A model generated the notes under the pieces. That model was given only the letters and a program-made list of their open reading frames with translations. It was not told the DNA's origin and ran no database searches. A stretch of DNA of 29,656 nt from Octopus sinensis (taxonomy: Eukaryota): NCBI RefSeq assembly GCF_006345805.1, contig NW_021832933.1, forward strand, positions 1-29,656. The letters run 5' to 3'. Of this stretch, positions 11,092 to 20,992 are shown in pieces. How positions within the stretch are numbered: position 1 is the stretch's first letter; each line of letters begins with the position of its first letter. A program made the position numbers and the translations under genes.

Positions 11092-11842
11092 TCAAATCCG
11101 GGATTTGTCCCCGTTAACGAGAGGAGCTGGACCTAACTCAATGCCATAGCAATCAAGGTAGCAGGTGCAGCCCACCCCAAACTTTGAGATGGCTGGTGCC
11201 CATTCTCCTTTGCTATCATGAGGCTTTTTTTGAGCAGGATTTTCTACTGGGAGCATGCCCTTGTTTACCCCCAACCTAATTTTCTTATTTCTTTATTGCC
11301 CACAAGGGGCTACATAAAGAGGGGACAAACAAGGAAGACAAAAGGGATTAAATCGATTACCTCGACCCCAGTGCGTAACTGGTCCTTAATTTATCGACCC
11401 CGAAAGGATGAAAGGCTAGGTCGATCTCGGCGGAATTTGAACTCAGAACGTAAAGACAGACGAAATACTTATTTCTTTACTACCCACAAGGGGTTAAGCA
11501 CAGAGGGGACAAACAACGACAGACAGACGGATTAAGTCGATTATATCGACCTCAGTGTGTAACTGGTACTTATTTAATAGACCCCGAAAGGATGAAAGTC
11601 GACTTCGGCGGAATTTGAACTCAGAACGTAGCGGCAGACGAAATGCCGATAAACATTTCGCCCGGCGTACTAACGTTTTGGCCAGCTCGCCGCCTTCACT
11701 CAACCTTAGTTTCTAGACATAAGTGCTCCTAAGCCCAAGGCCTCTCCCACGAATTTTAAGAAATGTGGTCGAAAACTAGCTCAGAAAGGCAGGGACGCTA
11801 CTCCCTGGGACCCCTTTCGGAGCCCCTCTACCTATTCTACTT
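11092..11842 (-). mobile_element. GC-richer interspersed repeat, possibly an RTE-like 5' region, split by a SINE dimer
   Basis: Minus-strand GTTGGGGGTAAACAAGGGCATGCTCCCAGTAGAAAATCC resembles the GTTGG...GAAGGGCATCC.GCCGTA.AAA motif I recall from RTE-related repeats. CAACCT(T)A occurs on both sides of the inserted SINE. Confidence 0.35.
11281..11696 (-). mobile_element. Family A SINE, head plus 2 tandem bodies
   Basis: Junction GAAATACTTATTTC at 11462-11475. Confidence 0.9.
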
Positions 11843-12438
11843 AATAGAATTTGAAACCAGGACATACAGAAACGATGGAAACAGCGCATAGCATTTTTGC
11901 CCGATAACCTGTCTCTGCCAACTGGCCACTTCTGGCTTTTGGAGATAAATACTAATTACAAATTTGGGTACACGACTGATAGATTTAAGGGGAAAGGTTA
12001 GATCACGTTATTGATTACAGTACTTTAGGAGTTTTTTTAAAATTTTATTGACCCTGAAGGTCTGAAAATCAAAACTGATTTCCATAGGATTTGAACTCGA
12101 AACAAAAAGACCCGAAACAAATGCTACGCAATATATCTGCTGACTGTCTCTAATGACTAATCTTACTCGCCGGCATTTTGGTAGTAAATGAAGAAGAAAG
12201 AGAAGTCAGCCATGCGTAACCATATAAAAACACAGACTTTAGCTTGCAGCAAAGATCAGCCAATCCCTGCATTAATGCACACGGTGGAGCCAATGGCGTG
12301 AGGACAATTATATAATTGAATCAAAATCTCGATCGCCAAATTTCATCAAACGTGGGTAGCCATTAAATTCTTGTGGTTCAGCAAATATTCCCGATATAGA
12401 AATACCTATATTTCATCGAGAACATTATTATTATCACC

Positions 12439-12480
<42 letters not shown>
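12439..12480. repeat. (AGT)14 microsatellite
   Basis: Direct reading. Confidence 0.95.
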
Positions 12481-12659
12481 CATGGATTTTTCTTGTTTGT
12501 GTTGTTTTTCCTTCAGTGTCTCTGTTCCATATCATTGCTGATTTGTAGATTAAAGCTACATTGAGATGGAAGCCAGAGATAGAAATATTATCATCTCCAG
12601 ACTATATTTATGTTATTTATTTACTTCCATTTTAACTCTGCTATTCTAAGCTAAGTGTA

Positions 12660-12950
12660 GTCGCAATGGCCCAGTGGTTAGAGCAGCGGACTCGTGGTCG
12701 GAGGATCGCAGTTTCGCGGAAACACCTAAAAAGCTCGCGAAAACATCTAAAAAGCTCCACGAGGCTCCGGCAGGGTTGGTGGCGACAACTGGTGTACTCT
12801 TTCGCCACATCTTTCTCTCACTCTCTCTTCCCGTTTCTTGAGTAACGCTGCGATGGAGTGGGGTCCCGTCCAGTTGCGGGGAACACATACGCCACAGAAA
12901 CCGGGTAACCGGGCCCATGAGCGTGTCTAGGCTTGAAAAGGGCGACGTTT
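12660..12950 (+). mobile_element. Family D tRNA-derived SINE with internal deletion
   Basis: tRNA-like head GTCGCAATGGCCCAGTGGTTAGAGCAGCGGACTCG..., B box disrupted. The 3' part CTGCGATGGA.TGG.GTCCCGTCCAG...AGAAACCGGG resembles invertebrate SINE tails. Confidence 0.7.
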
Positions 12951-13656
12951 ATCGTTTTTATCGTATAGAGACATACACACAGAGATAGATATTTGTTTCA
13001 CAACCACATCGCTTTGGAATCAGTCCTCTTGCATGGCACCGTGGGCTTCTTTTACTAAATCTCACGGCTAACCACAAGTTTGTAAGTGAACTTTTCTGTT
13101 TTAGGTTAGATAGAATACCAGATAGATACTGAGGTTGATGATATCTACTGAACCCGTTCCTTCAAAGCTGTTGGCATTTTGTCTCAATTAGAAACAAAGG
13201 CCGGCGAAATGGTAGAATCGTTAAAACCTTGGAAAGAATGCTTTGCCCATTTGCTCAATTTAGTTAAAATTCTATCAAGGTCAACCTAGCCTTTCTTCCA
13301 GTTTGGATCGATAAAATGAAATAACCAGTCATTAACAACACTGTGGTACGTGGTTTCGATTTACACCCTTCACTAAAAATTGTTGTTGTGATGCCAAAAT
13401 AAGCAGCCTAGGGTATTATAATCGCAGAATCGCTGGAGCATCAAAAATAATACTTTGCAGTGTTGGATCTGGATCTCTGCGTTCTGGGTTCATACCCAGC
13501 TGAGGTCGTCTTTTTACGCACACACTTACAGATCCATACATACATCATTTCGCGGTCGATAGGCTACAATTCTACACAAGTACTAGTGTGGAAGATTTCG
13601 AATTAAATCCTCGCCAATACTGTTTTGGGGTGTAAATTAGAAATCAAGCGAGTTAT

Positions 13657-13857
13657 ATTGGTTTCAAATTTTGGCACAAGGCCAGCAATTTCGGGGGAGG
13701 GAGTAAGTCGACTATATCGAATCCAGTATTCAACTGGTACTTATTTTATCGACGCTGAAAATATAAAACACAAAGTCAACTTCAGCAGAATTTGAACTCA
13801 GGGTGTAAAGACGGACGAAATGCCGCTAAGCATTTTTCTAGGCGAGCTAATGATTCT
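13657..13857 (-). mobile_element. Older family A subfamily copy (tail ...GCTGGCCTTGTGCCAAAATTTGAAACCAAT), head truncated by a younger dimer
   Basis: Same core as family A with a different tail; abuts 13858. Confidence 0.8.
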
Positions 13858-14272
13858 TATTTCTTTATTGCCCACAAGGGGCTAAACATAGAGGAGACAA
13901 ACAAGGACAGATAAAGGGATTAAGTCGATTACATCGACCCCAGTGCGTAACTGGTACTTAATTTATCGACCCCGAAAGGATGAAAGGTAAAGTCGACCTC
14001 GGCGGAATTTGAACTCAGAACGTAGCGACAGACGAAATACCTATTTCTTTACTACCCACAAGGGGCTAAACACAGAGAGGACAAACAAGGATAGAAAAAC
14101 AGATTAAGTCGATTACATCGACCCCAGTGCGTAACTGGTACTTATTTAATCGACCCCGAAAGGATGAAAGGCAAAGTCGACCTCGGCGGAATTTGAACTC
14201 AGAACGTAGCGGCGGGCGACATATCACAAAGCACTTCGCCCGGTATGCTAATGATTCTGCCAGCTCGCCACC
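13858..14272 (-). mobile_element. Family A SINE, head plus 2 tandem bodies
   Basis: Junction GAAATACCTATTTC at 14034-14047. Confidence 0.9.
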
Positions 14273-14789
14273 CATCACGCGAATTATATGAGTAAGATCG
14301 TTAGAACGTAAGGAAAGAATGTTGCACAGTATTCGTTCCGAGTGTAGGATCGTAAACTTTTAAAATTTGTTTTGATTACGATTTAGCATTGTCAGTTTGT
14401 ATTCTTGTATTTTTGTTATTTTCCTTTTCTGCAGTGAAATCAGTTTGTAAAACCGACTCAATTTTCTCTTATATATTTAGACTTCTGTTCTTGTCATACT
14501 TCCATATTACACAAAAGAGTTTATTTTTATTTCCTTCTAATTTCTATGTACAAGTGTTGTTATCACGTCATAGTTTTCTATTTTTGTAGTAGTTTTCTAT
14601 ACACCTATGTAGATATATTCTCATAAGTTTTATACAAGATAGCTTCTGGACGCTGATAATAGTTTTCATGTTTTTTCTGTCTAACGTTACTCACTTCATT
14701 TTAGTATATTAAATGCGCAGCTTAAAATCGTAATGATTAATAAGCCTATAACTATGATGAGATATCTAGCAACGGGTTCTGCTTTTAAT

Positions 14790-15537
14790 ATTGATTTCAA
14801 ATTTTGGTTCAAGACCAGTTGTAGATAATATGAACTCCAATGCTCAACTAGTACTTATCTATCGACTCCGAAAGAATGAAAGACAAAGTCGACCGTAAGG
14901 GAATTTGAACTCAGAACGTAAAGGCAGACGAAATAACTATTTCTTTACTACCCATAAGGGGATAAACACAGAGAGAACAAAGAAGGACAGACAAACGGAT
15001 TAAGTCGATTATATCGACCCAAGTGCGTAACTGGTACTTAATTTATCGACCCCGAAAGGATGAAAGGCAAAGTCGACCTCGGCAGAATTTGAACTCACAA
15101 CGTAACGGCAGACGAAATACCTATTTCTTTATTACCCACAAGGGGCTAAACACAGAGGGAAAAACAAGGACATACATAGGTATTAAGTCGATTATATCGA
15201 CCCAAGTGCGTAACTGGTACTTAATTTATCGACCCCGAAATGATTAAAGGCAAAGTCGACCTCGGCAAAATTTGAACTCACAACGTAACGGCAGACGAAA
15301 TACCTATTTCTTTACTACCCACAAGGGGCTAAACACAGGGGGGACAAACAAGGACAGACAAACGGATTAAGTCGATTACATCGACCCCAGTGCGTAACTG
15401 GTACTTAATTTATCGACCCCGAAAGGATCATAGGCGAAGTCGACCTCGGCAGAATTTGAACTCAGAACGTAACGGCAGACGAAATACCGCTATGCATTTC
15501 GCCCGGCGTGCTAACGATTCTGCCAGCTCGCAGCCTT
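14790..15537 (-). mobile_element. Family A SINE concatemer: head, 3 young bodies and 1 old-subfamily body
   Basis: Junctions at 14930, 15114 and 15297 (period 183-184). The last body (14790-14937) is more diverged and carries the old tail. Confidence 0.9.
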
Positions 15538-15566
15538 GGCCCTGTTTTTAGTGTTAGTCTCACTTC

Positions 15567-15765
15567 AAGGCGGCAATCTGGTAGAATCGTTAGCACGCCG
15601 GGAAAGAATGCTTAGCGGCATTTGGTCTGTCTTTACCTAATGAGTTCAAATTCCGCCGAGTTTAGCTTTGACTTTCATTCTTTCGAGATCGATAAAATAA
15701 CTACCAGTGTAGTCCAGTTATCCCCTCCCCGAACTCCCTGTCCTTGCGCCAGCATTTGATATTAA
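15567..15765 (+). mobile_element. Older family A SINE, inverted relative to the adjacent concatemer
   Basis: AAGGCGGCAATCTGGTAGAATCGTTAGCACGCC...GAGTTCAAATTCCGCCGAG...CCTTGCGCCAGCATTTGA. Confidence 0.85.
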
Positions 15766-16196
15766 TATTTGTCGAATTTATGAATAGCATTTCTTTTTAT
15801 AGAATTTTCCCCTCCGCTTCTGCATTTTCTCTGAAAGGAATTCCATCGAGTTTTTAAGAATCTGTACGAATGCATCTGATGTAATTCTCAGATTTCAAAA
15901 TTGAATTTGCAAATTAGGGAAATTCCTTACACATTCTATAATATTTCGGCAGGATTTAATAACGAATTTTATTTCGCTTTCCAACATGGTAATGCCCATA
16001 TTATAGAGGCGATAATTTCCTGTATGCCAGTGGCTTCATCGAGCATTAGGAATTTCATTTTGGACATATTTTTATTATAGTATTCTTTCCAGAGTTGGTG
16101 AAACCAAACGCAAATGAAATACAGGTGGCAGTTTAATCGACTGACCCTTCTCCCGGAATCCTGGCCTTCTGGTAATATTAATTATGATAAATGTTA

Positions 16197-16510
16197 TTAG
16201 AGTGTCGGGCTCACAATTATAAGGGAGTGAGTTCGATTCCAGGACCGGGCTGTGAGTTGTGTTCTTGAACAAGACACTTTATTCCACGTTACTCCAGTTT
16301 AGTCAGCTGTTGAAAGGGGTTGCGACGTCACTGGTACGTTAGCTGTATCGGCCTTTACCTTTCTCTTGGATAACATCGGTAGCCTGGGGGGGTAGCACGG
16401 GTACTGCTGATTTTCCATAAAGCAACCTAGCCAGGAGTTGTGCCTTGGAGGGAACATTCTAAGGTAAAATCCCATGGTCATTCATGTCCGAAGAGAGTCT
16501 TTAACCGTTA
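16197..16510 (+). mobile_element. Family C tRNA/CORE-type SINE
   Basis: B box GAGTTCGATTCC followed by CORE-like GTTGTGTTCTTGAACAAGACACTTTATT; tail unrelated to families A and B. Confidence 0.7.
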
Positions 16511-16627
16511 CTACTTTATGCGGAGAGCTGGTAGAATGGTTAGCGTGCCAGGAAAAACTGTTTAACGGCATTTCGTCTGTCTTTACGTTATGAGTTCAAA
16601 TTCATTTCGAGGTCAGTTTAATATGTT

Positions 16628-17040
16628 GGCGCAGGAGTGGCTGTGTGGTAAGTAACTTGCTTACAAACCACATCGTTCCGGATTCAGTCCCACTGCGTGG
16701 CACCTTGGGCAAGTGTCTTTTGCTATAGCCTCGGGCCGACCAAAGCCTTGTGAGTGGATTTGGTAGACGGAAACTGAAAAAAGCCTGTCGTATATATTTA
16801 TGTATATATATGTGTGTGTGTGTGTGTGTCTGTGTGTGTTTGCGTGTCTGTGTTTGTCCCCCAGCATCGCTTGAAACCGATGTTGGTGTGTTTACGTCCC
16901 CGTAACTTAGCGGTTCAGCAAAATAGACAGATAGAATAAGTACTGGGCTTACAAAGAATAAGTCCTGGGGTCGATTTGCTCGACTAAAGGCGTTGCTCCA
17001 GCATGGCCGCAGTCAAATGACTGAAACATGCGAAAGAGAA
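16628..17040 (+). mobile_element. Family B SINE, full length, inserted in an old family A copy (16520-16620)
   Basis: Starts GGCGCAGGAGTGGCTGTGTGGTAAG; colinear with the other B copies. Confidence 0.92.
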
Positions 17041-17300
17041 AGACACTATCAGCTGAGCACCTGGGGTCCATGTCATTGACACCCAGACCCCCACGTCCTT
17101 CACAAGAGAATAAGTACCCGGGTAGATTCACTCGACTAAAACAAATTGTTGAACTGCTGCAGTGAAATGATTGAAACGGGTAAAAGAAATGATAAAACAT
17201 ATTTTATCAACCAACAAAAGAGAAACCCTTAATCATCTCCATCGTGTTCCTCTGCTTGTCTACTCTATTATCTATTATAGATTTCAATAACTGAATACTT

Positions 17301-18030
17301 AAGGCGATGAGCTGCAGAACCGTAAGCACGTCGGATATAATGCTTAGCGACATTTCGTTCGTCTTCACCAACTGAGGTAAAATATCCGCCATTTTATCTT
17401 TGGTGTGGGGTCGATGTTATCGATTTGAATCTCGTCCCAAATTTGCTGGTCTTGTGCCGAAATTTGAAATTAATAATTAATGTGCTTGAAACAACACGAT
17501 GGCAGAATTGTTAGAATGCCGGTTAAAATGCTTAGCGACATTTCGTTCGTCTTCACCAACTGAAGCAAAATTCCGCCACTTATCCTTTTGTGAGGGGTCG
17601 ATGTTATCGACTTAAATCTCATCCCAAATCTGCTGGTCTTGTGCCGAAATTTGAAATTAATAATTAATGTGCTTGAAACAACACGTTGGCAGAATCGTTA
17701 GCATGCCGGTTAAAATGCTTAGCGACATTTCGTTCGTCTTCACCAACTGAAGTAAAATTCCGCAATTTATCCTTTTGTGAGGGGTCGATGTTGTCGACTT
17801 AAATCTCATCCCAAATCTGCTGGTCTTGTGCCGAAATTTGAAATTAATAACTAATGTGCTTGAAACAGCACGTTGGCAGAATTGTTAGCATGCCGGTTAA
17901 AATGCTTAGCGACATTTCGTTCGTCTGTACGTTCTGGGAACCAGTTGAGCAACGGGGTCGATTTAATCGACTTAGTCCTCTACCCGCAACCGCCTCCAAC
18001 CTGCTGGCATCTGGCCAAAATTTGTAGACA
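17301..18030 (+). repeat. ~187-bp tandem repeat (about 4 units) derived from a decayed family A SINE plus flank
   Basis: TGCTTAGCGACATTTCGTTCGTCT starts at 17341, 17529, 17716 and 17903 (periods 188, 187, 187). Confidence 0.9.
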
Positions 18031-18265
18031 ATAATTAAACTATTTATCTCCATAGAAAATATGCTGTTCGCTTTCCACTGATTACGAAGTTTCCGATGAA
18101 CAAGACAAAAAGAAATTCAATTATCGACTTCATTAGTAGCTTCTTCATTTACACACAAACACACATACACACGTGCACACACACACACACTCACGCACAC
18201 ACTCACTCACAAACACACACACACATATCTATGTATGTATGTATGTATGTATTTTTTTATTGTGT

Positions 18266-18639
18266 TATTCTTTTACTTGTTTCAGTCATTTGACTGCGGC
18301 CATGCTGGAGCACTGCTTTTAGTCGAGCAAATCGAGCCAAGGACTTATTCTTTGTAAAACCTAGTACTTATTTTATCGGTCACTTATGCCGAAACGCTAA
18401 GTTACGGGGACGTAAACACACCAGCAGAAGGTCGTGGGGAGGACAAACACAGAGACACACACACACAACACATATATATATATATATATACGACGGGGAT
18501 GTTTCAGTTTCCGTCTACCAAACCGACTAACGAGGCTTCAGTCGGCCCGAGGCTATAGTAGAAGACACTTGCCCAAGGTGCCCCGCAGTGGGACTGAACC
18601 CGGAAGCATGCGGTTGGTGAGCAAGCTACTTACCACACG

Positions 18640-18642
<3 letters not shown>
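18266..18642 (-). mobile_element. Family B SINE, head slightly truncated against (TA)n
   Basis: Reverse complement of the family B pattern. Confidence 0.9.
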
Positions 18643-18707
<65 letters not shown>

Positions 18708-18708
18708 G

Positions 18709-18885
18709 TACTTGCAATAGCAAGTGACTTGATCTGAGATCGTGTGCGGGAACGAAAACAATTGCAGCGTGGAAGGTGTTTATAAGCCATTTAAGAACTC
18801 ACAAAAACCGTTAGGTTCAGTTTAACATTTGAATTTGATTTGTCAAAACATTTTCGTCGCTTTGAGACCGCGACCTGTTCACTGA
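18709..18885 (-). mobile_element. (TA)n-anchored fragment ending in a G3:C8-variant minimal hammerhead motif (Penelope-like terminal repeat?)
   Basis: Minus strand 18885-18843: TCA-GTGAACA-G-GTCGC GGTCTCAAA GCGAC-GAAA-A TG T-TT-TGA. Abuts (TA)n at 18643-18708. Confidence 0.5.
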
Positions 18886-18897
18886 AGAAACTTCATA

Positions 18898-19272
18898 CAG
18901 TAGAAACTCGCAATACGAGTGCACCATTGTACGAGTAATTGGCAGTACAAGCCGAGATTCATACGAATTTTTGTTTTGAAGTACAAACGGAAATCCGCAG
19001 TACGAGCAGACAAATAGTCCCATGTTTAAAATAATTTAGTTAATAAATAAATAGGCGCAGGAGTGGCTGTGTGGTAAGTAGCTTGTTTACCAACCACATG
19101 GTTCCGGGTTCAGTCCTACTGCGTGGCACCTTGGGCAAGTGTCTTCTACTATAGCCTCGGCCGACCAAAGCCTTGTGAGTGGATTTGGTAGACGGAAACT
19201 GGAAGAAACCGTCGTATATATGTATGTATATATATATATATATCTATATATATATATATATATAATATATAT

Positions 19273-19353
<81 letters not shown>

Positions 19354-19971
19354 GTGGTAAGTAGCTTGTTTACCAACCACATAGTTCCGTGTTCAGTCCC
19401 ACTGCGTGGCACCTTGGGCAAGTGTCTTCTATTATAGCCTCGGGCCGACCAAAGCCTTGTGAGAGGATTTGGTAGACGGAAACTGAAAGAAGCCCGTCGT
19501 ATATATGTATGTATATATATATATGTATGTGTGTGTTTGTGTGTCTGTGTTTGTCTCCCCAACATCACTTGACAACCGATGCTGGTGTGTTTATGTCCCC
19601 GTTACCTAGCGGTTCGGCAAAAAGAGACCGATAGGATAAGTACTGGGCTTGCAAAAAGAATAAGTCCCGGGGTCGATTTGCTCGATTAAAAGGCGGTGCT
19701 CCAGCATGGCCGCAGTCAAATGACTGAAACAAGTAAAAGAGTAAAGAGTAAGATCAGTTTACACGTTTCTTTTGCATTCTCCCTTTTATAATTGTCGTTT
19801 TACTTGTAACTGCACCTTTTGTGTTTTAAAACTCATAAACTTATTTTTGAGTGGTCTTTGGCGGCTGGAACGGATTAACTGTATTTTAGTTAATTTCAAT
19901 GGGGAAAACCGATTTGTAATACCAGTAAATCGTAAGACGAGGTCTTAAATTTGTACTGCGAAGTATCACTG
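18898..19971. mobile_element. Tigger/pogo-like MITE interrupted by a family B SINE
   Basis: Imperfect TIRs TA|CAGTAGAAACTCGCAATACG and GTACTGCGAAGTATCACTG|TT. Internal CTGGAACGGATTAA...TTTCAATGGGGAAAA is typical of Tigger-like MITEs. Confidence 0.75.
19054..19750 (+). mobile_element. Family B SINE with duplicated 5' half
   Basis: Head+CORE 19054-19214, (TA)n to 19349, second head+CORE 19352-19500, then a single tail. Confidence 0.9.
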
Positions 19972-20067
19972 TTTAGTCAATACGTATGTACATATGCGTG
20001 CATGTATGTTTGTGTGTACATGTGAGTGTGTCTGTGTATGTATACAATACATATGATATATATATAT

Positions 20068-20115
<48 letters not shown>

Positions 20116-20126
20116 TATATATTAAT

Positions 20127-20941
20127 TTTCAACAATTGAGGGAAAATTAATTAATTAATCAATTTCACCAAGTATTCAGTATGCAAAGGGACCATTTAAG
20201 GCGAATTCAAATTAATTACATTAATACACGGGCTTAGTAAAATAAATTACTTTGCCGCATACTGAACTCATTGAAATAAGCATAGCGCTAAAAAAACTTT
20301 TTTAAAACTATTTCTAATACTTAAAGAAAACCTCTCTCATTAGTGTTTGCTCATTCAACTCACGCAAATATGGGGGTAGAGACATTAAAAAATCAAGTGC
20401 AAAGGTTATTTGAGAACGTACGTTTCAAGATTAGTCAACACGACATTTCTATCATCAGCTCAGAACTCCCTGGTTGGACCTGAAAACACTGAAAGTGGGA
20501 GCATACCCTTTCGGCTTCCTCTCGCTTCTGAAGATCTGCTCGTAACTAACATGCCAACAAACCCAAAAATGCAAGCGAAGAATTTCTGCTCTCCCCTTTC
20601 CACCAGCGTGGGTTAAAATCAGTAAACACTATGCTTTTTTCGGTAAGTCCGCGGCATTATATAGAGAGAGATGAATTATAATTTCAACAATTGAGGGTAA
20701 AATTAATTAATTAATCAATTTCACCAAGTATTCAGTATGCAAAGGGACCATTTAAGGCGAATTCAAATTATTACATTATATAAAAGGGCTTAGTAAAATA
20801 AATTACTTTGCCGCATACTGAACTCATTAGAAATAGCAGCTAAAAAAAACTTTTTTAAAACTATTTCTAATACTTAAAGAAAACCTCTCTCATATAGTGT
20901 TTACTCAATTCAACTCACGCAAATATGGGGGTAGAGACATT
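20127..20941 (-). mobile_element. Non-coding partial-tandem element (555-bp unit, ~1.47 copies) in (TA)n, carrying a hammerhead motif; retrozyme or non-autonomous Penelope-like
   Basis: Direct repeats 20127-20386 and 20682-20941 (offset 555 at both ends), (TA)n on both flanks, no credible ORF, hammerhead motif at 20411-20462. Confidence 0.75.
20411..20462 (-). ncRNA. Type I hammerhead ribozyme motif with palindromic stem III
   Basis: TGAG-CTGATGA-T AGA AAT GTC GTGTT GAC TAA TCT T-GAAA-CG TA CG-TT-CTCA. Complete core, 4-bp stem I, CGTACG stem III, GUU cleavage triplet. Stem II is imperfect (U.U first pair, 3x3 internal loop). Confidence 0.65.
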
Positions 20942-20992
20942 TATATATATATATCGTATATATATATCGTATAATATAGAGTCCTTGGGCTG

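Noticed and set aside
12660-12720. Functional tRNA gene
   Set aside because: The T-arm/B box is disrupted and the sequence continues into a SINE body. The other SINE heads also lack a complete cloverleaf.
18882-18926. Plus-strand hammerhead CTGAAGA...GAAA-CTCG...CGAG-TG
   Set aside because: No stem II, the cleavage position is G, and the motif straddles the Tigger MITE boundary; a chance match.
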